Source: Antedon mediterranea
Taxonomy: Eukaryota > Animalia > Echinodermata
Length of the DNA: 64,000 bases
Assembly (NCBI RefSeq): GCF_964355755.1
Contig: NC_092679.1
Location: forward strand, 21,621,432-21,685,431
Direction: 5' to 3'
The number at the start of each line of letters is the position of its first letter. The first letter of the stretch is position 1. A program made the position numbers and the translations under genes. The notes under the pieces are model-generated. The model was not told the DNA's origin. It made no database searches and worked only from the letters and a program-made list of their open reading frames with translations. This document shows positions 1 to 15,000 of this stretch, piece after piece.

Positions 1-3000
1 AACATCTTTTTAGCATCTTCATGTCTGGCCATCTTGAACCAAAAGAAGACCAACAATGGACCATTGTAAGTTTAATCTTCATGTCCATATATGGGCATGC
101 CACATAAAGTTTGATAGTGTAGACAGAGCTTTAAAAATGTAAAACATATGTACTATGTATACAAATTGCTTGAACACTTTATTTTGTTTTTATTTTAGTG
201 GCAACAAGATTGTTTAGCGTGTGTGCTCAAACTGATCAATGAGTTTGCGTTGGACCAGGTGACAATGGAAATTGGACAAGATGACGTGTTTGACAGTTTA
301 CCAGAGTTTGACGTATTACCTAAGAAGTCAAGGGGCGGAAAGAACAAACCATTCACAGACGAGAAGAAGTCTGTCAAGCGGCTGTCTCAAGTAAGTAACT
401 TACTTCCTAAAGAAATTTCTGAAGAGTAGAAAATCTTACGAAATGTTGGTGTTCAAGATGTTTTGGACTTTTCTGGTTGTTCTGAGATATTTTGACACAA
501 GTTTATGCTTTTTATTTTAGGAATTGTTAGAGATGATGTCACAAGATGGAGTATTAACTAAGTTAATGGATGTTTTGTACCAAGCAGCTGCAATGAGGGA
601 AACTGGGCAAGTGCAATCGGGCTATTGGGGTAAGCAGATTCAACAAATATTCCGTCAAACGCAACATACGTGTCCCTGTGGCTGTATTTAATAATAATAC
701 CTAGGCTAAGGGAAACAGTTACACTTCAAATTTTACAAATTCTCCTATGACTTTAGTTAAAGTGTAATTGATTGAATTTGAATCCATACGACATACTATT
801 AAACGCCTAAAATTAAATTTACAACAATCAACAACATAATAGTGTGTAGATTTAAAGAAACATTTGAATTGATATAATTTATTCTTACAGTTGTGCATTA
901 TGCAATGATGCTACTCAAGTCCTGGGGAACGAGTAACTCAACGGTCAAGAGTCAGTTGGTCAAAAGTCCAAACTTTGACCAATGGCTACTTCGCATGGTG
1001 TTGAAAACACCAGAGGTATGTTTGTTTGGTGTCACAATGATTGTAAACTTCTGTGAATACTTACCTGAATAAAACGCCACAATTTTATTTAATCTGATTT
1101 AATATTTCAACAAATATTATGTCATCATCATGAAACATATAATTTCATCAGTAGTATGTTTTAAATTTGTTTTTTAATGTTTTATTTTTTTTTTAAATCT
1201 GATTCTGGTAGGAGTTTTTTTATTCCGACGGTTTAATTAGTGGTGGTGTTTATCATTATGTATTCTGATGATTGTTTTGTTGTACGTTATAGAGAAAAGG
1301 GAAACAAAATAAATTAAATAAACCTAAAAAACTGATATTTTACAGCGGTACGTTCGGAATGAAGTTCGCAACGGTTTGTTTGATCTTTGTGAGGACAATA
1401 AAGAACCTTGTCAGAAGTTTATATGGTCCCTTCTTTCAACTCTCCTTAATTTCTTACCAGTTGCCCAAGAAATTAAACCAAAGAAGGTGAGTGTATTTAT
1501 TTATTTATTATTTTTTTTTTTTTCAATTTACAGATGTATTTTCCACCAAAAACATGAAAAATTCAGATTACTAAAATCCGAATTAGGCCACTTTGCAATT
1601 TTAGTAAAGTTATTCAAATCTGTAGAAAAAAAACCCTACAAAAATAATTATTTCACTTATAAAAAGACAAAAGAAACAGTTAATTTAAACCAAAAACCAT
1701 TGTCTGATTTTTACTTTTATTACATTTTTTTCAGGTAAATCATTTTCGATACAATTTTTAGTCAAAGTGAATAACTATTATGTGACATTAAAATGGCATA
1801 TTGTTAAAAAATTGTTTAGGGGGACAATATATCTTAATGTAACAAAATCAATTGTATTTAATTTGTTCAAGTTTAGTATGGTTTTACTAATTTGTGCTCA
1901 TGTACTTTGTTACTATTAAAAATGGTTTAGGCAATTAAAAAACGTTTTCTACTTCCTGAGTACTTTACAATTTCATAATTGCTCTTTATCAATCTAATTA
2001 TCTTCTCCAGTTTGATGATGAGTATGATAATCCAGGACCTGGTTGCCGTGACTACTTCTGGTTATTGTGCGCTCTTATGGACAAGGTTCAACGACCAGAG
2101 GATGATGATGAGTTTGAGAAGATGATCATTAAAATTAATTCCATAATAGAACACCTTGCAGAGGCACTTACAAGGTAAATTTATGAATTTTCTATGAAAC
2201 ACGGAAGTGATTTACTTTGTACAACTGAGGTATACATGGAATCTGACACATAAGTCATAGTGATAGTCAATATACAGTAATAATATGAATAAATAAGAAC
2301 ATTAATAATGATTTCACACTAAAAAGAAAAAATAAATTTGTCTGACAGACAATTGGATTATTTTTTGCTTTAAATTACAATTTCTTCAGGTAAACACATT
2401 TTTTTCTATCAAATTTTTGGTCAAAATGGATTACTATTATGTGAAATTAAAATGGCATATTAAAAAAAATATTTTTAAGAGTAAGACAATAAAATTTGTT
2501 TGTTTTAGTTTAGAATTGGTTCTTATGTCACATAATCATTTTTTAAATGAATTTTTTTACTTTTACAGTCGTCCAATATTTGAAGATCGCCATACGACTG
2601 ATGAAGACAAAACACTAACAGGATTGTTAAAGCTCAGTACATCAGCACTCAAGCATGACCCGCCTTTCAAATTTAGCAAGGAAGGACAGGTTTGTTTTCC
2701 CAATTAGAATGACCTCTGACCTATGACTGTATGGTCTATATGATTAAAGTGGTTAAAGCAGTCACTACAGTCATAATATAAATAATAATGTCATAAATAA
2801 TCTCATAAATATTAATATCATATATAAAGTTTCAAGAAGTTTCATTTTTCTGGTGGTAAGGACTTAAAACTGGACAGGTTTAGTGTACGCATTTGCTCAT
2901 GTTAATTTTTTTTTAAACCGGGCCCATCCTCCGGAAAGAAAAGTGGTTATCCCGGTGGTCTAGTTCTATTCAGCCCCTTTCATTAATCATGGCCAATGAC

Positions 3001-6000
3001 CCTACCAGAAACGAACTACAAGATGGAGGATTAACCAACTATTAACCTTGACTGTATGTAGACTGAATATTACAGTATAACTACTATTTAATACATACCC
3101 ATGCACATATATTTTAATTCCACAAAGAACATTTGAACCGTACGCCTGGCTAGAGAAAATTATGAAAGCCTAATCCTGCCACATAAATATAGATATGTCG
3201 AAATTTCGGATTAAAAAAAATGTCACCATAGCTATATTTATATTCATGTGGCAAGATTATACTAGGCTTTCTTAGAAAGACATAATTTTATCAATTTTGT
3301 TGTTATTTTAGGCGTTTTTAAACAATGTTTTTGACTGTTTGTTTGCGGTTCCTTCAATTGATAATCGCAATCTACCCAAATGCAAGTCAAGAGAAGCTAG
3401 GCACGCTGCATTTGACCTATTGGTGAAGTTAGCTGACAGCTGTCAAGATAATTACACCAACCTCCACAAGAGAATGCTAAGTCAGCATAGACCAGGTATT
3501 TATATAATTTATATATACCGTATATCCTCGGATATAGTCCCACTTTGGGTCTAATTCCACCCCTTAATGTTAAGTCAGCATAGACCAGGTTTGTATTTAT
3601 ATAATTTCTATACTGTATATCCTCGAATATAATCTCACTTCGGGTCTAATCTCACCCCCGACGTTGTGTCTAATTTTTTAAAAAGGCATATCCCCAGGTA
3701 TAGTCCCAGTATTGAATTTTGGTCTAGATGTATGGCATGTTATTTGTCACAAATGGAGTTCCATTTATATTTTTTCCATTTTCCTAGGCTCTCACATCCC
3801 CTATCCATGGCAATACTGGCCTCTTGATGATGGACGTTCACCATGTGGCTACGTAGGCCTAACGAACCTTGGTGCCACATGTTACATGGCTTCCTGTATG
3901 CAACAATTGTTCATGATGCCTGAGGCTAGGGCTCCTATACTCAATGGAAAGGTTAGCTTGTTTACTATTTTTGCTTAGATAACAATAGTGTGTTTATTGT
4001 TTGTTCAGACAGCAATAATTTATTATTTGCTCACAACATAAAAATCATTTGGTGTAATGATTTTTTTTAAATAATTTTAGAACTTGTTTCTCCTCAGTGC
4101 TCTCTTTTTATGTTTCACTGAAAGGAATAAATAAATTTATAAATATACTCCTTAATGTCTTAAAACAATTCAATTACAATTCAACAGAACAAAATGTCCT
4201 TTTAATAGGAGTGTACCCCTTGAACAATAGTATCACTTGTTTGTTGCCTTAACATGGGTGTGTCCTGTATAGAGGTGTCTCAAAAGAGAGTTTCTACTGA
4301 TATTAACATAACGTAATTCTGATGTTGGTCTCATCTTTTACATGTATAGCATTATTCATTATCGATTCAACTTATTTTAAAGATAACCGAACACACAAAA
4401 CACAAAAACACGCTGTACGAGCTTCAGCGTATGTTTACATTCCTTCAAGAAAGCGAACGCAAAACCTACAATCCACGCAGCTTTTGTAAAGTGTACACGA
4501 TGGATAAGCAGCCTTTGAATACCGGCGAACAAAAGGACATGACCGAATTCTTCACAGACTTGATCAGTAAAATGGAAGAAATGACGCCTGAACTTGTAAG
4601 TATATAGTTAGATTACTAAAAAAAAAGGGGGGGATTCCCTAAAAATATTTTACTTCATGATTGGCCATCCTTTGAGTTCAACTGGAAAGAAATGATCAAT
4701 TTATAGCACTGTATTTCAATAATAATAGATAATTATATAAATCTTAATTATTTAGCTGAAAAAAAATAACATGCAAATATTTGGCAATTGCTACTAATGA
4801 CCAATAAAAATGAAAAGTAATTATTTTTGTAAAATAAAATCAGTATATTACAAATGAACTTTCAAGTCTCAGTCAAATTTTCAATTGTTACAATCACATT
4901 GGAATCACTCAAGCGTCAAATTAGCAGACAACTCTTCAACTCCCAGGGAGAGAGCGTTGCAATGTAACATTCTGTGTACATGGTTTTTTTTTTTGTAGAG
5001 AGAACTTGTTCACAGCTTGTTCAAGGGAGAGTTGACAAACAATGTGGTATCATTAGACTGCCCTCATGTAAGCCGAACAACTGAGGAGTTTTTCACTGTA
5101 AGATGTCAAGTTGCTGACATGAAAAATCTTTATGTGAGTCGATCTTTTTTCTTTTTTTTTAAAGTTTTTAAATACAATTTATTCATCTCCCTGCTTTTAT
5201 CTCTTTTCTTCATAATAAACTTGGGTTTAGCTATGAGTTCTCATTGAGGAGACCTTATAGAGCCCCTTCTTTCGAACACCACTATTCAGGGGACACCCCT
5301 CTAATGGGGACACTTTTCTGTGAAACCAATCATGCGGAACGATACGTATTTCATACACTACGGCCAAATCTTATTCAGAGGACACTTTGTTGACTAACCG
5401 AAAGTGTTCCCTTATAGGAATTGTACTAAATAAATATAGCCAGTCTAGAAATTATTAGAATAGTGACATAAGTTTACCTATATGAAAAAGTTTTTGTTTT
5501 TAATGAATTATGTATATTTTTTTAGGAATCACTTGATGAGGTAACTGTTAAAGACACGCTAGAGGGCGATAACATGTACACATGTTCGCAATGTGGGAAG
5601 AAAGTCCGAGCAGAGAAAAGAGCATGTTTCAAGAAGCTGCCCAAAATCCTGTCGTTCAACACAATGCGATACACTTTCAACATGGTTACAATGATGAAGG
5701 AGAAAGTTAACACTCACTTCTCATTCCCTGTACAGCTGGACATGTCGGGCTACACGGAGGACGCCCTCATGGGCAACAAAGTACAAGGTATGACGCACAT
5801 TTTATATTATTTCATTGACATTTTTCTACTGTACCACATGCACACTCACTGTTTATAAATTGTTTGTTTTTTATAATATACAAAATTAGTATGTTTCGAT
5901 TGAACACCATCGTTACAGAGGAGGAAATATATCTATATATATAATGATATTCAAATAATAAAATATTTTTTTTTTTACAGGTGAAGAAGATAATTTAGAT

Positions 6001-9000
6001 TATCTATATGGGTTAGTTGGCGTGACGGTACACACCGGGACAGCAGACGGTGGCCATTACTACAGTTTTATCAAGGACCGTATACACAGCGACGCCCAGC
6101 GTGATAGATGGTACATGTTTAATGACGCAGAAGTGAAACCATTTGATTCTACCCAGTTAGCTGCCGAGTGCTTTGGCGGCGAAATGACGGTAGGACTTGG
6201 TTTTTGGTTTATTCGGATATGGTACACTGATAGCCACATCTTTCCTATTTTGTGTGCTTTAGTATAAAGTCTACACTGGTAGTTTAGTTGGCAAATTTAA
6301 AGATGTATTGTCCCCCAAAAACATGAAAAATGAAGATTAATAAGATGAGACTTTGAATAGATTATTTTGTAGTTTTAATAAAGTTATTCACTTCAATGAC
6401 AAAAAAAATGTTTTCACTTCAAATAAATGGTTAAATTCAACGAAAAACCCATATGCTGGCAGGCAGCCAATTTGACTATCTTTTGCTTTAAAATACAGTT
6501 TTTTAGGTAAATACAATTTTTTTTCCGATCCAAATTTTCGGTCAAAGTTGATAACTATTAGGCGACATAAAACGGCATATTAAAACAAAAATTTAAGAAT
6601 TATTTTTTTCAGGGGAACAATATACATCTTTAAGTAAACATGTTTGAGTTTGACATAACAAGTTTTCTAGTGTAGACCAGTTGATAAACTACATACCAGA
6701 ACCATTAAACCGGAACCAAAGATTAGTATAAATTTGATTTCTTTCATTTTCAGACAAAGACGTATGATTCTGTGACTGACAAGTACATGGATTTCTCTTT
6801 TGAAAAGGTACTGTAATGACAGTAGATATTCTTGGGACATCCCTATTAAGGGCAAACTTTCTGTAAAAAAAAAAACAGGGGCGATACATATTTTTTATAC
6901 TATGGGCAACCCCTATTAAGAGTCCTGAAAGCATCCCCTTATTTTTAAGTTCAAAATTAAACATAAAAAATTGAAATTGAATTTATTAGAAATGCTTTTA
7001 ATTACAGACACACAGTGCATATATGTTATTCTATGAGAAGATAGAACCAGAGGAGTCTAAGAGGAAAGCAGCTAGTGTCTTGGACCAGGTCCAGATGTCT
7101 AAGGAACTTGCTCAGGTAATTAGCATACTTACAAACATTGAATGTCCTATTAGCCTGTACAAATGTTAGCTGTTAATTCTTGAAACAAAGGCCTAAGAAA
7201 TGCTTTTGTTTAATTACTAAGCATCATTATAACCACTCCCAGAAGTGTTTTTTTTATTTAATTTATGTGAACCATATTTAATGAGGATGATTCATCAAGC
7301 AATTGCTGATCATTTGGAACCCTCAGAAGAGATACAATACACAAAATACAACAATAAAACAAGTCAAGTGTTACCTGTGAAATAAAATTTTGTGAAAATG
7401 TTGTTTAGTTTTTAAAATATACAGTTATCTTAGATGACAAATCTCTAGGCCAGGCCAAGCTATCCTGCGCCTAAGTTTTCCAGATTTTCGGTGGAAAATA
7501 ACTCTGCATTAAAATTCGTGGAAAATCTTTTTTTCAAGTTGTTGACTGTGCATCCATAATTAACTTGTTAAACTTGTCTTCTTCTGTAGTCCATATGGCA
7601 GGACAACATGCAGTTCTTACGGGATCGTTTCATCTTTGATCGTCAGTACATGGATTTCATGTGGAAAGTATGTCACCCACTTCCAGCTACGCTACCACAA
7701 CCACAGAGCTTTCAACCAATGAGCTCAAAGGTAGAGTTTTTTTCTTGTTATGCTCCACTAACAAATGTAAGTAAAGTGTCTTGCATAAGGATACAAGCAA
7801 TGTGACGGTAGTTGGATTCGAACCACAATCTCACGATCAGTAATCCAACGTCCAACACTCTGCGCTACACACCCTTACACATATATATACAGTCAATTTA
7901 ATGTGTTTTTGATTTGTTTTTACAGTTGACAACCTGTTTCGTACTTGAGACCCTAATCCATGCAAAAGAAAAGCCCATTATGGTGCAATGGATGGAACTG
8001 ATGACTAAGCAATTTCACACATGTCCTGAAGCATGTGAGGTAAATATGAGGGTCTATACTATAATGTTCAGATTTCAACAATTGGTTCCCTAAAGGCCAA
8101 TTTACACAGACGAGCGGTAACGGTAATAAAAATATAGAATGTTATTTCTTATGTCCATTTATACAAACAGTGGACCAAAAGAGTATTTTACACTCACGAT
8201 AAATAGTGTAGGACAAGCTACGCGCTTTTCCGCTCTCTCTAGTATGTGTAAATGGTATAGATTTAATAAATGTTTATCAGTTAAATAACAAAAACCTGAA
8301 TGTGCAAAGTGCTCTAATGTAAAAAATAATGCATGGCATGTGACACGAAATAAACCAATCAAATGGCAAGAATACACTTGTGTTATAAATATAATGGAAA
8401 TCTATATTTGAGTGCCTGTATACAATTTACGTTTAGTTTCTGTTTTAATTCTTAAAATCTGGTTATTTGTGCCATAACCATTTGTTTCATATTTATTTAT
8501 GGTAATATATTCAGTCTTGTTCCTCTTGCAGTGGTTTCTTGACTTCATGGCTAAAGATGACTGTTGGCCGATACAGATTCTTATTAAGTGTCCTATACAA
8601 ACCGTTAGGCAGCTGTTTCAACGACTTTGTATTCATGTTATACCACAACTAAGGGAGAAACATGCACCTCTTTACATACATGCTGATGTTGATAGGTAAG
8701 GCTTTACTTGTACCCTTTTCACATCTGCATAAATTGTTATTACTTGTAACCAAGTTTGATCTCCCGATTTATTAGACCTTTTCATACACTCATACGCGAA
8801 CCCTGAGAAATCTTGGAAGGAAAGCGTAGTTGCGTGCTATTTGATTACTATAACTGGTCAGTTTGATACCAAGAACTTGGAACATCTTGGACCAAAAACT
8901 AGCCTCTCATCAGAGATTTTCTACAAAATTGTATTCACACTATGCAAACCTGGTTACAACTTGTTACACGTTGTTACATTTTGCAGATGTAAAAAGGGTA

Positions 9001-12000
9001 TTAGATTTGGATTTTTTCCCAAACCAACTTGGATTATTATTATATGCTACTGATAGCAAGCAATAGGGTTCCAATTTCCATATTATATGTTTAAACACTA
9101 CTATTCAGGGAATACCCCTATTGTAGGGACACTTGAGGATTTATTTTATACAAATTTAATTTGAATTACAGCGATGAAGATGGTTACATTTCTCCTTCTC
9201 ACATTGGAAACTGTTCATGCGTGACAAGATTTATCAAGAAATTACTTTCTATTGTAAGTACTATTATAACCTTATCTATATATCAATAGTACAAATGATA
9301 ATAAAAAAATATTTAATCAAATTTAAAGTTGGTATACTTTGAGTATTAGGAAATTAGTACATGATATGTTTTGTTGTTTATTTTGCAGATTGAGCACGGG
9401 GTGAGACCCCATTGTAAACACCTCACAGAATACTTCTCACTGCTCTTTGATTTTGCAAAGATTGGAGAAGCAGAGGCAAGTTGGTTTTTATTATTCTAGT
9501 AGAAACATTGATTAAAAGCTATGCACTGATACTATACTGCTTTAACTGAAACAGGCAGTGCTCTTAATTTGGTAAACATACTTAGAAACGTTCATTTACA
9601 AACATTTAAGTTTAAGAAATCAACAAGATATTTTGGAACATAATCATGTCAAGTATGAATAAAGATGCATTTTAGTTATTATATGAAAAATAATCTGTCT
9701 GGTGGGAGATTGAATAGATATGATCTTGTACCTAGAGGGTGAGTAGCAAAATAGTATACCTTATAAGGTACACAGCACACCTTTTTTAATAATTTTGTTT
9801 CTCTTTTTTTCACAGTCTGCATTTTTACTGTCAATAGAAGCAATAACAATTATGGCTAACTTTTATCTTGGAACCAAATCTGCTGAATATGTAAGTGTGT
9901 TATTTCATATACTAATACGGTAACAGCGATCATCATTTTTAAAGCACTTCCTCCAAAGCTTTGAATATTTTCTCCTCATTTATTTTTAGGTAGAAGTATT
10001 GTCTGATGACGACAATGATGAAGATGATGATGACGATGATGTCATCTCGTTAACTGAAGACAAGTACAGACCAATCTCATTAGAAAAGATGATCGCCCTC
10101 ATGGCGTACTTGGTAGAGCAGTCTCGAAGAGACCGACAACTTACGCTCTCTCAGAGCGACTATGCTGTACTTGTAGGGGGCAAGGTGAGGAATTGTTTCA
10201 GTTCAGTCTCCTAACCCCTGATAGGCACCACTGCTGACTGACAGACAATCCTCCTCCATCGGTCTCTGTCCTCTGTAGCTTGTGAGTCAACAAAGGTCAA
10301 ACCTGTCCATTCCTTGATGTTGTCTTCCCACCTCTTTCTCTGTCTGCCTCTCCTTCTCCCTCCTTGTACGGTACCCTGTAGGATGGTCTTGGCCAGCCCA
10401 CTGGATCTCAACACGTGTCCGTACCACTCCAGCTTTCTGCTTTTCACAATTGTTTTACAAATGTTCAAATAAGAATTATGTACTGCCTTCTATCACTGTT
10501 CAAGTTTTGCTGGCTGGAACAAGCCTAAGATAACAATTTCTTGGAAAGTATTATCTTCCTAAATCAATTGTTATATTGTTAAATTCTTATTTTTAGGGAT
10601 TTCCATTTCTTTATCAACAAATTCGTGACAATATTAACATTCAACAAACAAGAAATCTGATATTTAGTTTGACGAGGTTTGCACCAAGACTTGCTGAACA
10701 GGTTAGTCTATTGTTCTTAACTCGTATCTTTAGTAGTATAAGAGTTTTATTTTATATTTAAAATAATGCAACTGTAGTTTTTGGCATAATTGCAAACTGA
10801 TGTCTAAGACTGAATGCTAGGCTAGTGATCTGAAGATCATTGGATCATATCCCAACAGAGAACAACATTTTATTTTTCTAATTTGATACAATTACAGATA
10901 GGCAAAACATGTTGCTGTGCATTGCAGTTAAGTTCCTTTTTTAAGTGTTGAATTTGTATGTTTATTTTTTAGATTGTGGCCATGATATTCAATGCAATTG
11001 CTAAACTAAATCAAGAGGTAAGTTATGCCAAACCGTTCTAAAGCTCTGTCTACACTATCAAACTTTATGTGATGTGCCCATATATAGACAGGATGATGTC
11101 ATATAACTACCATATTTGGCCACATCACACTGTCAAAGTTCACTAGTGTAGACAGAGCATTATACTACTGTTCTCTTTATTCCAACATATTACACATGCT
11201 CTGGCAGTCATAACTTATTTAATAATGAAGTTAACAATGAATTCATTTGCTTTGTTTCATTTCTAGGCTGGTCAACCCTTTTTCAAGCTTCTGTCGATGC
11301 TAGTTGATATGGTAGGAGGACCTCCTGGTCTTCCAAACTTCACCCCATTGATACTTCAGAGAATGTGGGAGGTAGGTATAAAGAAAATATATTGCAAGGC
11401 ACTGTCTAGTATAGAAAATGTCTGGTCTATGAGAGTGATATCATTGTGAGAGTGTGCTACGGATTGGACTATTCTATTTTCTTTTTGAGGGGTGTCTATA
11501 TTTTGGAAAAATGACATGTCGAGGCTGTATACAAGTAGGTATCTCAATCATAGACTAACAACGCCAATGTTGATATGTGTATTTTATTTATCGACTGTAG
11601 AAAGCTATATCATAGCTCTAAAATAGCAACTAAAAATTAATTTCAAACTGATGTTTTTTTCCCTTAGATTGCTGAGTACAATCCCCATCAAGTACTTGAT
11701 TGGCTCGCTGCTCATGTACCTAGGAACAAGATAGCTCATCATTGGACACTACAAGGCATTGAGAGCTGGATTGAACATTTCTTATTAGAACATCACAACG
11801 CACGTGTTAGGAGCTGTAAGTTTGATATTTGAATGCCAAAGTCAAATAATTTCTATTATGCGTGTATATAGCTCAAGCTAAAAAGTGTGTATCAATTTAT
11901 CATTTATAATATTATGAATGCATACTATATATTGCTTATATATATATTTCATTTTCCTTCACTTGTTTGTTTTCCAGCGGCTGCCTACTTGCTAGTCTCC

Positions 12001-15000
12001 CTTGTACCAGACATTCAATTCCGGCAAGGTTATAGGTCATCTAGGAGTATGCATAATCCACAAAAAGAACTTAATGTAAGATTTACATTTGTTATGTCTT
12101 TGTTTCCTTGAATTTGTTATGCTTCAGTGTTGTTGATAAATTCAGATCCATGTTGTCATATGTTAAAACATAAATTTGTTTCCCAATAAATAAATATGAT
12201 ATTGAAGTCATACTACCAAATGATAGATAATTTTGTTTGTTCTTTTTGTTTGTATAGCTAAGTTCAGAGGCCCTTGAAGTGTTACATGAGGTGTACAGGG
12301 TGCTACTGGAGTTACTTAGAATTGCCAGGCCATTTGCAGGTACGTACAGGCATAATCCAGGGTAGTCCTTGTATAATCCAGGGTAAAGTCCTTACATAAT
12401 CCAGGGTATTCCTTGTATAATCAAGGGTAGTGCTTGCATATCTAGGGTAGTGCTTGCATATCCAACATGTCTTATCCAGAAAACTTGTAGCGTATTTGTA
12501 ATGTTTGTAGTCTAGTAGTTTAAGATTTGTAACTTTTTTCATGTTCTTTGTTCAGTAGCGCAGTGAGCGTCTTTTTTAGACGGATGCTTGCGCTTTACAA
12601 ATTTCCATTATTATTATTATTATTATCCAGGGTATTCCTTGTATATTCCAGGGTAGTCCTTGCATATTCCAGAGTAGTGCTTGAATATTCAGGGTATTCC
12701 TTGTATAATCCAGGATAGTCCTTGCATAATCCAGGGTAGTCCTTTCTGTAAAAGATAGTTCATGATAGGTTTTAAAAAACAAATAATCTTGCATAGAATA
12801 ATTACTATTTAATTTATTATTATTTTTATTTGTCTTTATCAAATTAGATGCATCGGTACATGGTACTGCCAAACTCGTATCGTTCTTCTCGCTTCTTAAT
12901 TACTGCCTTATATCAAACACCGAGAAGCAGATGGTAAGCTTTATTAATTTATTAAATTAGATAAATTGATGATTATATAGAATTCTCTTTTCAACAAACA
13001 TTTTGTAATTTAGTGTAGACTTTTATTGATCATAACTTTAATTTTCTTCCACAGTTTAGTCCATATTTTGAAGATCTTTGGAACATCTATCTGCCAAAAT
13101 TATCAGAACCACCAATTTCATGCAATCATAACAAAGAGGTACTGTATTTTACTAAATGATTATGTAAAGTAGTAATAAATTCTACAATGATTCAACTGTG
13201 GTCTAGTGTTAAGATGCCCGACCTGTTAAGCAAAAAGTTCTGGGTCGAATCTTAGAGTTACCCCAATGGAAACTAATTCTTCTGTGTTAATGAGTAATTC
13301 TATTGAATTTATTGGATGCAAATAAACAAATAAATAAAACAAAAACAAAGTTTAATCTTGCCAATTGATTTGGGTTAGGGTTTGGTGTAAGATATATGGA
13401 TGAAATTCAATTAGAATTTTGTACCTAACTTGTACACAGTTATGATATGATATATGTTTTATTTATTTGACAGGCTCTGTTAATATTTTGGTATTATGTG
13501 TGTAAAGATTGTCCTGAGAATGTACAGTTGATCGTCTCAAATTTTCTTGTTACCAAACACCTACCGTACAACTACATTTTGTAAGTATTACATGTTTTAA
13601 ATGGTTAATGATTTTAAATTTGTATAGCACATAATACAAATAGTCTCTATGTGCTGTAGACTCAGATGTTACACTTACATGCTTCTCCCCTAAGGGTTAC
13701 ATCATGTCAGTGCAGCCACTATAAGGCACTCTCTCACTTTTCCACGACAACACAGTTGCTGAGTGTGAACTAGTACACCAGGGTAACCCCCTACTCGTAC
13801 TAGATTCTTTAAAGTGCAATGTGTGTACACTGGACATACGGTTTATAGTCCTTATCCGAGAACCCTAAATAACGCCACAAAAGGGCAAAAATTGCTCTTT
13901 TTGTTAGTGTTGCAAATTGTATTTAACTACTGTGGATAGGCTTTGTAAATTTCATTTGTTTTTAAATAATGGTAATGAAACAATTGTGTTTGTTTTTTTC
14001 AGAGCGGACCATGAGGATCAAGAGGTGGTTATGTTCAACCGTGTGATGCTACCTGCATACTATGGACTACTCACTCTGTGTTGCCAACAGTCTAAATCAT
14101 TCACAAGACAATTAGCTTGTCAACAGAATCTACAATGGGCGTTTGAACATCTCACACCGCATGCTAACCAATACCCTACTGTAAGTTTAGCCACCAAGAA
14201 CAACTTTGAGATTATAAAGTGGAACTGTGAATTCTTCCTTACCAATACCAGGTTCATTGGTTCAAATCCTGTTACGATTCCTGGATTACAGCACCACTAC
14301 CTAAGCCTTGAATGAGACTTGGTTTAGAAAGCATGGGTCTCCCATCCTGTAAAATTAGCAATTAGTTGATGTTGGAACAACCCCTCCTTTGGTCAACCCC
14401 TTTTCAGGGACCACTTACTAGGGATTGTATAGTGAATAGAATAAGAGGCATGAGATATTTTTTACACTTCAGGCAACCTCTATTCAGGAGAAACCATATT
14501 AACCGGACACTTTGTTTGGTCCTTGAAGAGTCAAATTTTAAAAAGTGTCCCCTTAATAGAGGCTCACTGTATAATGGAGTGGAGCTGTAGCTTGGTGGTT
14601 ATGATGCTTGGCTACCAATCTAAGGGTCCTGGGTTCAAGTGCTGTCATATGTCAGGGTTTTTTTCTCATGACAATTAACAACTCCACTCCCAAAGACTTA
14701 ATAATAAGTCTTTGTTTATGCAGAGCATCTTGTGTATATGTTTGTCTTATGAATGGGATTGCTACCTTTGAGAAAGATAGTGAATGAATTCACTTGTGGT
14801 AATCCTTGGCAATTTGCCTAAAATGAGAATTAAAAATAAATAAATAAATAAAATAATCATTTGTTATCACATAAATGCCATTATAAAGTATGTTGTGCTT
14901 CAAAATTAACAGTGACATAAATGTTTTTGTCGCTGTAATTATTATAAATTAACATTTTCTTCTTAAAAGAAATCAATTGTGTTGTGATTATTATATTATA

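Noticed and set aside
630-890. Micro-exon in this USP34 intron
   Set aside because: The flanking exons join in phase and no frame-preserving AG..GT candidate was found.
7770-7875. tRNA genes (also about 10800-10860, 13195-13260, 31890-31950 and 59350-59405)
   Set aside because: Only degenerate A/B boxes and no complete cloverleaf; consistent with decayed SINE heads.
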